DNA of 64,000 nt from a virus. Taxonomy: Duplodnaviria; Heunggongvirae; Uroviricota; Caudoviricetes. Within the stretch, counting starts at the first letter, position 1, and the number at the start of each line of letters is the position of its first letter. Under the pieces are notes generated by a model that searched no databases, was not told where the DNA came from, and saw only the letters and a list, made by a program, of their open reading frames with translations. The position numbers and the translations under genes are program-made. Shown here piece after piece: positions 46,097 to 56,008 of this stretch. The DNA lies in the IMG/VR virus record IMGVR_UViG_3300028585_000514, one strand, 5' to 3'.

Positions 46097-46870
46097 TTAT
46101 TCGAGTGAGTACATCAGATCATTGATGTAGCCACGGTTTTTGGAGAAGATTGGGATGTCAGTGTCGACAACGAATCGGCCGTTAGCGAACGGGTTCGGCT
46201 CATTGTTAACGATTTTCTTCATGCTCTCTTCATTGATGTCCAGACGAACACAGGTACCACGCTTGGCCCACGTTTCGAAGTCGTTCCAGTTGACGTCCTT
46301 TTGGGTGATCAACATGTTCTGTACTTCGTCAGTGTTCTTGCCATTCAGCTGCTTTTGACTGAAGTGCGCTTGACCAACACCATTGATGCTGTTCCGAGTT
46401 GCGTCTTGCTGGCGCCAGATGAAGTAGTTACAGACTTCCTCTCGCGGCACGTTGTAGGCACGGCTGTCGAAGATGCCGAAACGCCCACGACGGAGTTCTT
46501 TCGGAATGTACTGTGGCGCTAGATCGTTGAAGATGGATGAAACAAGTGACGCGGAAGTCGACACGATCTTTTGTACCTCGCCATCGAACCAAGCTTGCGT
46601 TTTAAACTTGGTCCAATCTTTTAGCATAAGGCTGATTTCATCGGACTGGGTGTAACCCAAGACGACGGTGTCGATTTCCTCGCACAAATATTTGGTGGAC
46701 TCAACCATGCAATCGTGCAATGGTTTATAGAAGGGCCGAGGCATCTTCGACGTGTAGGTATGGAACGCTTTACCGTCCAGTCGAATGATTACGGGAGTAC
46801 GCCTCAGCAACTGGTTACGAGACACCTGTTCGTAACCCTTCATGCGGTCGCCCATCGAGGATTTTTCCAT
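46097..46870 (-). CDS. thg1: Thg1-like 3'-5' polymerase / tRNAHis guanylyltransferase
   Basis: RLDGKAFH, YTQSDEIS, FDSR, WRQQDATRNS, KRG. Confidence 0.92.
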   Translation of the reverse strand: MEKSSMGDRMKGYEQVSRNQLLRRTPVIIRLDGKAFHTYTSKMPRPFYKPLHDCMVESTKYLCEEIDTVVLGYTQSDEISLMLKDWTKFKTQAWFDGEVQKIVSTSASLVSSIFNDLAPQYIPKELRRGRFGIFDSRAYNVPREEVCNYFIWRQQDATRNSINGVGQAHFSQKQLNGKNTDEVQNMLITQKDVNWNDFETWAKRGTCVRLDINEESMKKIVNNEPNPFANGRFVVDTDIPIFSKNRGYINDLMYSLE

Positions 46871-46919
46871 ATTATTTTTGTTATGCGGTTATTATTGTTT
46901 TGGGTACTACTGGTGCTGC

Positions 46920-47492
46920 TTACACTGCTTTGGCGAACTTCGCTTTCAGCTGGTTGATCAGCTCGACCGAACCGAAGTGGAACATGGCACGAGCATTGGT
47001 GTTGAGGTCGGACATCGAGTCCTTGGTCTTGCCGATTTGCTGAGTGGTGCTCAGGCGGGTCAGAGCATTGTCGAAAGCGTATTTGTGACCAGACATTTTG
47101 GGCTGCATTGCCACGAAAATATCGAACGCTTGCTTACTGGTGACTGGATGTTTCAGGCCGTCGAACATGGCCAGGATTGCTGCGTCGATGCCGCTGATCG
47201 GAGTCTTGCGACCGTGTTCGTAGTCACGAACCGCTTTGCCGAAGGAATCGATGGTCGACGAACGAGTCGACGGCATCGGGACCTTGCCCATCGTGTAGTA
47301 CTTTTCGATACCCAGGCGTTGGAGCTTGAAGTAGTTCTTGCTCAGGCCGGTGCTCAGCGCCAGTTGAACATTGGTCCGCGTCATATGCGGATTGTTCAGC
47401 ATGACATGATCCATCAGCGCGTTGTATTCGATCGGCTTGGATTGGCTGTTGATGGCTGCAGCGAGGGCGGCCGACGGTTTGGTGTTCGACAT
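46920..47492 (-). CDS. Basic hypothetical protein, possibly winged-helix
   Basis: Two helical repeats; probable start ATG 47492. Confidence 0.6.
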   Translation of the reverse strand: MSNTKPSAALAAAINSQSKPIEYNALMDHVMLNNPHMTRTNVQLALSTGLSKNYFKLQRLGIEKYYTMGKVPMPSTRSSTIDSFGKAVRDYEHGRKTPISGIDAAILAMFDGLKHPVTSKQAFDIFVAMQPKMSGHKYAFDNALTRLSTTQQIGKTKDSMSDLNTNARAMFHFGSVELINQLKAKFAKAV

Positions 47493-47556
47493 GAGAGTAT
47501 TATTTTGTAGGAGTGTACAAAAAGAAGGTATCAAAATAATACCTTCCGGGTGGTGA

Positions 47557-48021
47557 TTACTTGGCTTTCTTGGCGCCGCCGTAGACGAACTTGGAAGCGT
47601 TGCTGGTCACGTTGCTGTCGGTCATCGGAGTCTTCGACTTGACGATTTCGCCACGGGCGGCCATGCGGAACAGGGTCGAATCGATGGTCGAGCGAGTTGC
47701 ACCTGGCAGGACGCTACGGACGACCGTTGCGATTTCCTGGCTGTCCAGCTTGTCGGTGGTGTTCAGCGATTCCAGCAGGACCTTACGGACCGATGGTGCT
47801 TTCTCGACCGAGTACACGAACTTCGACTTGCCCATGGTGCCGAGGGTCGGCTTCTTCTGGATCACGCCTTGCTTCGAGGCTTGGGTCAGGGTTGCATCGA
47901 TCGAGGTGAACGAGGTCGATGGACGCTTCTTCATCACGGCTTGTGCGATTTGCGAGTTGACCATGCCGGTCTTGGATTTCGTCAAGACGTCGACGATCAG
48001 TTGCTTCAGGGTGGTACGCAT
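47557..48021 (-). CDS. Tandem winged-helix DNA-binding protein
   Basis: Internal repeat SIDATL...KFVY / TIDSTL...KFVY. Confidence 0.65.
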   Translation of the reverse strand: MRTTLKQLIVDVLTKSKTGMVNSQIAQAVMKKRPSTSFTSIDATLTQASKQGVIQKKPTLGTMGKSKFVYSVEKAPSVRKVLLESLNTTDKLDSQEIATVVRSVLPGATRSTIDSTLFRMAARGEIVKSKTPMTDSNVTSNASKFVYGGAKKAK

Positions 48022-48216
48022 GTAAAGTTCCTAAAATATTATTTTTGGATGATGTTTCGGTTTAATCGACTCAGCAGTGTGTTCGTCGATAGGTTGAATC
48101 ATACCGTGTGGAAATATTATAGTGAGCTTTTTGCAGCTGGAAGGTTTTGTGGTCGTAAAAACAAAAATGGAGAACCGAAGTTCTCCATGTTTCTTTACGA
48201 ATTAACGTATGTGATG

Positions 48217-48912
48217 TTACTCTGCTTTCGGATCAGCTTTCACTGCCTTTAGTAGAGCTTCAATCGCTTTGTCCGACTTCTGATTTGCTTTGAAGTACTT
48301 AGCAAAGATAGTGCGGAAACGATTAGCAATGCCTTTAAGGACTTTCTCGATGTTCTTGACGACACCTTCCTTAAGTTCACGTTTCTTAGCGTTGGTCACC
48401 TGTTTTGGTAGGCGATCAAAGCCAGCACGTGCTGCAGTTTCAATCTTGGTCATTAGCTCGTCACCAGTCGCATCCTTTAGATCGATCATGAATTTCTCAA
48501 GTTCAGGATCAACAACAGCTAGAACATCCTTGATCGCGCCTGGCGAGGTCACGCTCTTGATGAAAGTTTCTAGGACTTGTTTCTGAGCTTCATTCACCAT
48601 CTTAAGAGCATAGTCAACAGCCTCTTTGTATTTGACAGTGGTGTTACCCTTTTTCTGGGTGTACTGGATGATAGCGCCATCAACGACGGCTTTCTTTTCT
48701 GCTTGTTCCTTAATCACTTCTTCGAAATTAGTTTCGAGTTCAGAGATGCGACCGCTGACGGCCTTAGAAATCTTTTCGATAACGGCGAGCTTCTTCTTAA
48801 GCTCTTTCCATTCGGCGACTTGTTGCTTGATTGATTCGTCCTCTGGAGACTTAGCTTCATTGATTACCTGGTCAACCAGCTTAGCTTCAAATTCTTTGAT
48901 CATGTTTAACAT
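48217..48912 (-). CDS. Helical late protein (possible internal head protein)
   Basis: GATAAATA at 48943-48950, AGGAG RBS, VINEA. Confidence 0.75.
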   Translation of the reverse strand: MLNMIKEFEAKLVDQVINEAKSPEDESIKQQVAEWKELKKKLAVIEKISKAVSGRISELETNFEEVIKEQAEKKAVVDGAIIQYTQKKGNTTVKYKEAVDYALKMVNEAQKQVLETFIKSVTSPGAIKDVLAVVDPELEKFMIDLKDATGDELMTKIETAARAGFDRLPKQVTNAKKRELKEGVVKNIEKVLKGIANRFRTIFAKYFKANQKSDKAIEALLKAVKADPKAE

Positions 48913-49019
48913 ATGTATACTCCTTTGGGTATTGGTACACTATATTTATCAGTTCGCCGTATTGTTCTCCTCTTTTGTTGCTTCTGGAATAAATATTAGA
49001 TGTAACCAAGGAGTAAATC

Positions 49020-50414
49020 ATGCCTCTAATCTTCACGCAACCATATTTCTATACAACGATTTCCAATCCTCTCGCCGGAAATCCAGTCAATACTAAATAC
49101 ACAAACGTTTCTCTACTGATGCACTTTGATGGTTCCGGGGTCGACTCCTCAATTTTCAATAACACTAGCTTCAGTAAGACTGGCGGTGTATCTTTCTCTA
49201 CAACAAATACCAAGTTCGGTACAGCAAGTGTGTACTTCAACGGTCTAGGTGATTACGCGCAATTGACAAACTCACCGCAATACTCCTTCGGTACTGACGA
49301 CTTTACTATCGAAGCTTGGCTTTATCCGGAATCTCTTGTTGGCACCAACGGCGGATCAACGATCGTTGCTGGCTTGAGTACTAATGGCGATGGCGGTGGA
49401 TATAACCGATGGTCCTTCACCATCAATTCTGATGGTTCGCTATCGTTCAACGGCGGTGAATCCGCTGGCGCCGCTAATACGTTCTCAGTGAGAACAGAGG
49501 GCGGCGTTATAGGCGTCAATAAGTGGCAGCACGTTGCAGTGTCTCGCTCAAACGGCGTTATGCAATTCTTTGTGGATGGTGTCACCAAGCCAGGCGTCAC
49601 CAAGTCGGGAATGCCAGAATCTGTAGCAGTCACCTCAAACGGTCCGCTTCGCTTAGGTCGCCTATTCAGCGGCAGCTCCTGGACTCTTCTCTACAAGGGC
49701 TACATGGATGAGGTTCGTATCACTAAAGGTGCTGCACGATACACAACCGATTTCAATGTCCCGTCTGAGCCTTTCGCTGACGAACCAACTGCGCTGTTGC
49801 TGCACATGGATGGTGTGTCTGGCACAAACAAATTTGTTGATGAACGCAATGCGGCTCTTATCGTAACTGCCGGCCCAACCATCTCGAATGCGGCTTCCAA
49901 GTTTGGAGGCACTAGTGCTTACTTCAACGGTAACGGCGGATATATTGCCACTCCAGCGTCAACCATTTATGGCTTGGGCACCGGCGATTTCACAATGGAG
50001 CTTTGGGTTAATACTGCAAGGGTCGATGCAACGTATCAAGGCTTAATTGATACTAGACCATCAGGTCAAGCGTCCGCAGCAAAGCCGCAACTTATTATCA
50101 GTGCGGACACCATTGGCTTCTGGGTTGGTACAACGAAGAGATTGTCGACGACTAGAATCCAAGTCAATACTTGGCATCACGTTGCTGTCGTGCGAAAAGC
50201 TAGCGTAACAAGCATGTTCCTAGATGGTGTCTTAACCGGAAGCATCGCAGACACGACGGATTACGGTTCATCGAATGATGTTGTCATGGGTGTTCTTGGT
50301 GATAACAGAACCTATTCTCCTGGATACTTCCGCGGATATATGGATGAGGTCCGCATAGTAAAAGGCGTAGCCATGTACAATGGCAACTTCACTCCTTCAG
50401 CATCTCCGTTCTAA
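49020..50414 (+). CDS. Virion protein with two LamG/concanavalin-A-like domains
   Basis: Two repeats LLMHFDG...DFTIEAW...WQHVAV...GYMDEVRITKG; late promoter 48988-48995. Confidence 0.85.
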   Translation: MPLIFTQPYFYTTISNPLAGNPVNTKYTNVSLLMHFDGSGVDSSIFNNTSFSKTGGVSFSTTNTKFGTASVYFNGLGDYAQLTNSPQYSFGTDDFTIEAWLYPESLVGTNGGSTIVAGLSTNGDGGGYNRWSFTINSDGSLSFNGGESAGAANTFSVRTEGGVIGVNKWQHVAVSRSNGVMQFFVDGVTKPGVTKSGMPESVAVTSNGPLRLGRLFSGSSWTLLYKGYMDEVRITKGAARYTTDFNVPSEPFADEPTALLLHMDGVSGTNKFVDERNAALIVTAGPTISNAASKFGGTSAYFNGNGGYIATPASTIYGLGTGDFTMELWVNTARVDATYQGLIDTRPSGQASAAKPQLIISADTIGFWVGTTKRLSTTRIQVNTWHHVAVVRKASVTSMFLDGVLTGSIADTTDYGSSNDVVMGVLGDNRTYSPGYFRGYMDEVRIVKGVAMYNGNFTPSASPF

Positions 50415-50417
50415 TCT

Positions 50418-50441
50418 AAGGCTCCTTCGGGAGCCTTTTTT
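50418..50441 (+). terminator. UUCG terminator
   Basis: aaggctcc-TTCG-ggagcctttttt. Confidence 0.85.
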
Positions 50442-50457
50442 GTGGCCTAAAAAAGAT

Positions 50458-50496
50458 TGTACAAACTTGAAGAATCTGGATATTATAGCTACATCG
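50458..50496 (+). promoter_or_regulatory. Phage early promoter
   Basis: A-tract, TGTACA-N17-TATTAT-AGCTACATCG. Confidence 0.75.
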
Positions 50497-50512
50497 GAAC
50501 ACTACTTTGGAA

Positions 50513-50752
50513 ATGAAAATGCAAACCACCTACGACGCCGGCCAAAAAGTTAAGACCATCCACTACTCGAACTCCGGCCTCGTCACCGTGTACCATGATT
50601 CCGAAGACCAAGCAATCAAGTTCTCCGGTGACTTCGCCGACTCCTATGTGTGCATGCACAAGAAGGGTCGCAATGGCTGGAAAGAAATCTACAAGGACCA
50701 GCGTGGCAATCCTCGTGGTTCGACCTTCAAACAACTGAAACTCAACGCATAA
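50513..50752 (+). CDS. Early hypothetical protein
   Basis: Follows early promoter. Confidence 0.65.
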   Translation: MKMQTTYDAGQKVKTIHYSNSGLVTVYHDSEDQAIKFSGDFADSYVCMHKKGRNGWKEIYKDQRGNPRGSTFKQLKLNA

Positions 50753-50764
50753 TCGGAGCGCGCC

Positions 50765-51178
50765 ATGTCGAAAATTGCTGAAGCCCTTGCTCGTGTCAAA
50801 GCCTACTGCGCAATGCGCATCCCCGCCGGACTGAAGAGTGACCACATCCATGGGATCGGGATGCGTGTCATGCCGCTTGGTGAACTCGTCGAATCCGAAA
50901 ACAAAGTGGAGCCGACCCTTCTCGTCTCCGACCTGAACGAAATCATCAAGGCGATGGAAGAACCAGGCCGCGTGCTGAAGAAGCGCGAGGAAGATTTGCT
51001 GAAGGTTCCGCCGATCGTTTGGGCAAGTCTGTTTGGCGGATTCCTATTCGCAGTCGATCAGGCGAGCGGTACGCTCCGAAGCGATCCGGACCATGCACAG
51101 AAAATCCTCGAAGGGCTCCGTAAGGACCTGGAAAATATGCGCGAATTTCACGTCGAAGGGGACGTGCAAAAAACTTAA
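50765..51178 (+). CDS. Early hypothetical protein
   Basis: GGAG RBS. Confidence 0.65.
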   Translation: MSKIAEALARVKAYCAMRIPAGLKSDHIHGIGMRVMPLGELVESENKVEPTLLVSDLNEIIKAMEEPGRVLKKREEDLLKVPPIVWASLFGGFLFAVDQASGTLRSDPDHAQKILEGLRKDLENMREFHVEGDVQKT

Positions 51179-51185
51179 AAAAGAT

Positions 51186-51224
51186 TGTACAAGTTTCCAG
51201 GGTCTGGGTATAATTACTCTATCG
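51186..51224 (+). promoter_or_regulatory. Phage early promoter
   Basis: TGTACA-N17-TATAAT-TACTCTATCG. Confidence 0.75.
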
Positions 51225-51250
51225 AAACGAAACTTGAAACGGAGATTCAA

Positions 51251-51634
51251 ATGGCTAAAGCACCAAACAAAGTGACCTTCAACGAAAGCATCATCCTCGT
51301 CGATGGCAAAGAAGTTGGTCGCATCGATGGTCGCGGTGAAGTCTATGTCCTCTTCAACGTCGAAGGAGAACCGCGTCCGAAAGTCGTCGCTCGTTTCAAG
51401 TATCGTGCAGCAAAGGCCAGCGCCAAGGATTGGATCAAGTTCATCCTGAACCGCATGACCACCACTGAAGTCCTGGCTGCTCTGGCCGACTACAAGGAAA
51501 CGCCGTATGGTCTGGCCGAGAAGTTCGGCTATGTTTCGCTGAACGAGAAGTTTGTTGCGAAGCGTAAAGCTGAAGAAGCGGCTCGTACCGAACGCTTCAA
51601 AAATGTTACCATCATCCACCATCTGCCAATCTAA
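51251..51634 (+). CDS. Early hypothetical protein
   Basis: GGAG RBS, ATG 51251. Confidence 0.7.
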   Translation: MAKAPNKVTFNESIILVDGKEVGRIDGRGEVYVLFNVEGEPRPKVVARFKYRAAKASAKDWIKFILNRMTTTEVLAALADYKETPYGLAEKFGYVSLNEKFVAKRKAEEAARTERFKNVTIIHHLPI

Positions 51635-51644
51635 GGAGAACATC

Positions 51645-51851
51645 ATGGCACAAGCAATCGCATTGGTCGGCGCTGTCATCGAATCCCAGAATGGCAGCTC
51701 GATGTCCTACTACAAGCGCTGCAACTTCTGTGGCGATACACCAAACAGCACGACCAGCGGCTCGATCCCGTCGTATAACTCGGTCCTGCACTCGACCTTC
51801 CGCTGCAACAAGTGCGGTAAGACCACTGAACTCAAAATCAAAGGTGTGTGA
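51645..51851 (+). CDS. Small zinc-ribbon protein
   Basis: AAGGAG RBS; CNFCG...CNKCG. Confidence 0.7.
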   Translation: MAQAIALVGAVIESQNGSSMSYYKRCNFCGDTPNSTTSGSIPSYNSVLHSTFRCNKCGKTTELKIKGV

Positions 51852-52186
51852 TGAACGGTAAAACGGTAATCGTCTTCGAACAAGCAATAGCTCCAGCCCT
51901 CGACATGAATGATCCTGTTCAGTGTGCTTTGCGCCAATCGATCCTGGACCCGCGGCGCTATCCATACGTTCGCATGATCGGTCGCAACCTCGGTGCCGTG
52001 CTCGATATGGTCGAGCCGGCGAAAATGTCACAAGCCGAAATTAAGGTGCGTGACACCTACGTCGAGACCGAGGTGAATCAGTTCCTCACCGAGCTGTACC
52101 TTGATCCGGTGGTTGCGCGTCAGCGCATGCAAGTCCTGTATGACCAAGCCTTCCATGAAGGCCAACGCAGCCGCAACATAAAGTAA
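51848..52186 (+). CDS. Hypothetical protein
   Basis: Coupled ORF followed by UUCG terminator 52209-52230. Confidence 0.65.
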   Translation: MMNGKTVIVFEQAIAPALDMNDPVQCALRQSILDPRRYPYVRMIGRNLGAVLDMVEPAKMSQAEIKVRDTYVETEVNQFLTELYLDPVVARQRMQVLYDQAFHEGQRSRNIK

Positions 52187-52241
52187 GAAAAATTCGTTTC
52201 GATCTTAGAGGAGCCTTCGGGCTCCTTTTTGCGTTTCCTTA

Positions 52242-52298
52242 TAGCTTCCTGGATAAATAAGCTGATATTTCCATATCAATCAATTATCTCAGGAGCTA
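52242..52298 (+). promoter_or_regulatory. Late promoter GATAAATA (52252-52259) in RBS-sequestering hairpin
   Basis: tagct.cctg.gataa pairs with ttatc.cagg.agcta covering AGGAG. Confidence 0.65.
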
Positions 52299-52303
52299 GA
52301 CAA

Positions 52304-53956
52304 ATGAAGATTTATCAAAGCACCACTACTACCGATCCTACTCAACCGCAAGAAATTGCTACCAAGCATTACGTTGATCAGCAGATCGTATCTGGCGCAA
52401 TCGTTGGAGGCGTGTTCTTTACCGACATCTCCCCAACCTCTTCTGGTATCGTGGGCAACAAGAAATATGTTGCTAACACCGTCCCAGCAAACAAAGTTAT
52501 TATCGATGGTACCGCTGACACTCAGAACGTCCGCGTCTCGCTAGTTGCAGAAGGCGGTTCCGCATTCTACTCCCCGACCATTACTATCACCACCGTTCCT
52601 GCACTTCCAGGTTCCCCATTCACTGTTGCCCTATCCGAAGACACGTATGACAAGCGCATGTTCGCTGGTTATGTGGACCTAGTTGGCGTGACCGTTGACA
52701 CGGTCGTTACCGCTAAGTCGAGCACCAATGCGGAAGCAACTTGCATCGTAAAGGTTGCAGAAGTTGGCCCAGCGCTATCAGCTCTAACTATCGGTGCGTA
52801 CCCTGGTGCTCAGACCGAAGCTAAGAACAATGACGTGATGTCAGTGTCTGGCGTTGTTGCTAATGCTGCAACTTATGTTGAAATCGTTGCCGGTGGCGCT
52901 TCAAAAGCTGTCTCGATCCTTGGCCTTGGCGCTGCAGATTCTGCTGGTGCTGGCTTTAAGACTTTCACTGGTACCTTTACCGTCGGTACCGCATCTGGTT
53001 CACAGAAGGTTACCGCTCGTGCACGCAATGCGCTAGGTACTTTCGGTGCTAACTTCCAGTCATCGAATTCGATCACTCTAAACCAGACCTTCCCAACCAT
53101 CGGTGCTCGCACGATCACCTACCCAGTTGGTCAATCAGCATTGAAGGGTTCTGAAGCCGCGACCGTTGCAGCAACCGTGACTAACGCGGATACCGTGGCT
53201 TACACCACCAGTGCAGACCTGTCTGTTGCTGATTCAACTACTTACGGTGCTACCAAGACCGTGACTCGTGTTGCTGGTAACTACGTGGTTGGTACTAACA
53301 ACTACACCATCACCGCAACCAAGGCTTCAAACGGCGCAGTGTCTACTGCATCGTCCACAGTCTCTATCGCTAACGCTCCGGCAACCGCAGCAATCTCGAT
53401 CGTCGGTAACCCAGCTCGTCTAGTGTCCTCACCGGATGGCCAGTCATATACCGTTCGCATCACTGCTAACCAGCTATTGAACGCAATCCCTTCATTGGAC
53501 GCGTCAAGCGGCACTTGGACAGGTTCATGGACCTTCTCTGGTGGTGTGTACTCACGCACTCTTGTGATCAAGGATTCCGACGTTGATGGCGCACAGACCT
53601 TCAGCAATCTAGTCCTAACCGGCCTAGCAAATGTTGTTGGCTCAACCATCACTTCGGGTGCTAACTACACCGTCGGTGGTTTCGTTCGTCGTACCTTGAC
53701 CTTCCCAGCATTTGCTCAATATGTCGACATTGGTACTCCAATCAATGACATTACCAAGGTGAATGCTAAGTACGCAGGTACTGCAAGCAATCTAACCCTA
53801 CGTAGCGATACCTCGCAGTCCCAGCAAGGCTTCACCATCACCGATGGCGCCGGCGTTTACAATCCAACTGGTAGCTATCTGTTCATCACTGATGCTGACT
53901 TCGCTGGTTCAAACACTTCAGGTACTCTACAACTAGAAATTGAAGAGGTGGCATAA
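52304..53956 (+). CDS. Thr/Ala/Gly-rich virion protein (Ig-like/fibre)
   Basis: ATKHYVD fibre motif, beta-rich composition, late promoter. Confidence 0.7.
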   Translation: MKIYQSTTTTDPTQPQEIATKHYVDQQIVSGAIVGGVFFTDISPTSSGIVGNKKYVANTVPANKVIIDGTADTQNVRVSLVAEGGSAFYSPTITITTVPALPGSPFTVALSEDTYDKRMFAGYVDLVGVTVDTVVTAKSSTNAEATCIVKVAEVGPALSALTIGAYPGAQTEAKNNDVMSVSGVVANAATYVEIVAGGASKAVSILGLGAADSAGAGFKTFTGTFTVGTASGSQKVTARARNALGTFGANFQSSNSITLNQTFPTIGARTITYPVGQSALKGSEAATVAATVTNADTVAYTTSADLSVADSTTYGATKTVTRVAGNYVVGTNNYTITATKASNGAVSTASSTVSIANAPATAAISIVGNPARLVSSPDGQSYTVRITANQLLNAIPSLDASSGTWTGSWTFSGGVYSRTLVIKDSDVDGAQTFSNLVLTGLANVVGSTITSGANYTVGGFVRRTLTFPAFAQYVDIGTPINDITKVNAKYAGTASNLTLRSDTSQSQQGFTITDGAGVYNPTGSYLFITDADFAGSNTSGTLQLEIEEVA

Positions 53957-54360
53957 TGAGTCAATTTGAAACTTTTATCCAGACAGAACTTCCTAAACGT
54001 GGTTATCTGGATAGTGACGTTCCTCAAGAGACGATCATCGTTCGTCGTGGCGCTGGTCCTCGTCAGTTTGATGCAGTCACTCTAGAAGATGGTCAGGTTC
54101 TAGCTCGCGTCAACGGTCAACTAGTTGGTATGAATCTTGCTGGTAACGGTATCCGAAAGGCGATTGTTCCGGTGGCTGAAGGTTCGACCGAATGGGTTGT
54201 CACTCACAACTTTGATTCCGAGAATGCGATTGTTCAATGCTTCGACGATTCAAAATCTGTGATCTTCCCGGACTCGATCAAGATCAATGATGGTGACACC
54301 ATCACTATCACATTCAACAAAGCACAGACCGGTACTGCACGTATCGTGTTCCTGGACTAA
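53956..54360 (+). CDS. Probable virion structural protein
   Basis: WVVTHNF...VQCFD...TITF...GTARI; coupled to upstream gene. Confidence 0.65.
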   Translation: MSQFETFIQTELPKRGYLDSDVPQETIIVRRGAGPRQFDAVTLEDGQVLARVNGQLVGMNLAGNGIRKAIVPVAEGSTEWVVTHNFDSENAIVQCFDDSKSVIFPDSIKINDGDTITITFNKAQTGTARIVFLD

Positions 54361-54381
54361 TCTAGAAATGTTGCTATAAGG

Positions 54382-54412
54382 AAAAGGGTGAACCGCGAGG
54401 TTCACCCTTTTT
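54382..54412 (+). terminator. Rho-independent terminator
   Basis: aaaagggtgaacc / ggttcaccctttt. Confidence 0.8.
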
Positions 54413-54450
54413 TGGTTATGATGGCCACCAAATGATATTGAACTGTTGCC

Positions 54451-54735
54451 ATGTTACGACCGACCACTGCGAAACGTACTGCCATTGCATTATCAAATGA
54501 CCATACACCAAACTTGCTCTTGTTTATCGAAGGACGCTTTGATCATGAACCGCTGAAGCTAGAAATCAGTTCGTTGTTGGATCGTGCCTCAAATCGTGCC
54601 AACCGAGTTTCTGCGAAGACTCGTTCCGATCTTGTCGCCCTCCAGTATTACATCGAACGCGGACATGACTTGAAATATGTTCGGTGGGAGAAGAAGACCT
54701 ACGCACCATGGGCGACAAGCATTCCCAAAGGATAA
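54451..54735 (+). CDS. Hypothetical protein
   Basis: ORF track. Confidence 0.5.
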   Translation: MLRPTTAKRTAIALSNDHTPNLLLFIEGRFDHEPLKLEISSLLDRASNRANRVSAKTRSDLVALQYYIERGHDLKYVRWEKKTYAPWATSIPKG

Positions 54736-54794
54736 CAGTTTACACGAAGAAACCATAGCAGTATAATCTTTGTATCAACTAATTCTGGTACACT

Positions 54795-54992
54795 ATGACC
54801 ACTGACTTCTACATACAAGTTATTCTCCTTATCTGCATCCTTATAGCTTGCGGCCTGGCAATGTGGGTATGTCGTATCCTCCGAATGGAAAATTACTTTT
54901 CCAAAAAAGAGTTGCACGCATTCCTCGGTTTCAACTTGATGTATTTGTTGGGTACCGCGTGCATTCTCATTTACTTCTCATTTAAGACTTGA
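54795..54992 (+). CDS. Small two-TM membrane protein
   Basis: Two hydrophobic segments; promoter TTTACA-N17-TATAAT at 54739-54767. Confidence 0.6.
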   Translation: MTTDFYIQVILLICILIACGLAMWVCRILRMENYFSKKELHAFLGFNLMYLLGTACILIYFSFKT

Positions 54993-55639
54993 TGGAAAAT
55001 CCTACCTACATTCACCTCGAGAGAATTGATCTCGGGACAGGCTTAGCTGCCATCCTCGCCAACATCAATGAACAGGTCAAAAAGAATCGTGTCCAGGTCG
55101 GTGAGTATATGGTGCACGTGACGAGCCTTCGTCTTCGTGCGTTCCTCCTGAAAGGAGTGAAGTGCTACATGTGTGGGACCGAAGCAACTCATTTCTCCAT
55201 CGATAAGTTCCGCCTGAAATCGCAGGATGAAGCACCACATATGAATATGTGGGGTGTGACTCCTGAAGGTGAAGAACTTCTGTTCACCCACGATCACATA
55301 CTGGCACGGTCGCTTGGTGGTAAGGATGGGATCGAGAATGCAATCACGTGCTGTACAAAGTGCAATGGTGACAAAGCTTTCGTCGAGAACGCGATTCGTG
55401 CAGGTCGATGCAAACCTCCGGCATATATTACGGTCGAAGGTGGTGAGCTGTTCCAAGGACATCAAGGTCACTGGGCTGATTGCTTCTTCAGCAATGCGAC
55501 TCGAGATGAGATTGAGAATTACCTTAAGTCGGATAATCAAGATTATGAAATTCGTGATATGACTTCGGAAGAAATTCTCCGGATGCCAGAAGCAATCCGA
55601 TTCCATAAGTGGTTGCTCGAGACATACAAAACCGCTTAA
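54989..55639 (+). CDS. HNH endonuclease-domain protein
   Basis: CYMCG...THDHILARSLGGKDGIENAITCCTKCNGDK. Confidence 0.8.
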   Translation: MMENPTYIHLERIDLGTGLAAILANINEQVKKNRVQVGEYMVHVTSLRLRAFLLKGVKCYMCGTEATHFSIDKFRLKSQDEAPHMNMWGVTPEGEELLFTHDHILARSLGGKDGIENAITCCTKCNGDKAFVENAIRAGRCKPPAYITVEGGELFQGHQGHWADCFFSNATRDEIENYLKSDNQDYEIRDMTSEEILRMPEAIRFHKWLLETYKTA

Positions 55640-55717
55640 CAATTCATTGTAAAGTTTCAAGGACGCTTCGGCGTCCTTTTGTGTTATTATCTTCCGCATA
55701 ACAATAAGAAAGAAATC

Positions 55718-56008
55718 ATGAATGAATTCAATCAAGTAGCAATGTGGCTACAATGGAATGAGGATGGCTCATTCGAACCCAAATGCAAAATCTTCCCTTC
55801 TGGTGAATTGGGCACCGCTCTTAAGTTCACCGAGTCTTTACGTCGATCCAAGCATACGCTAGAAGCCGTCAGGGATGAAGATACCGGTGAGCTGTATGGA
55901 ACCAATGTCACACATATTGCGATTACTGGGGACGTTCCAGGCAATGTTACTAAACCAGGTGTTGATGTAACCGATTCTTCCTACAACTGGAAGAAACGCC
56001 GGAAGTAA
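55718..56008 (+). CDS. Hypothetical protein
   Basis: C-terminal KPGVD...YNWKKRRK. Confidence 0.65.
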   Translation: MNEFNQVAMWLQWNEDGSFEPKCKIFPSGELGTALKFTESLRRSKHTLEAVRDEDTGELYGTNVTHIAITGDVPGNVTKPGVDVTDSSYNWKKRRK

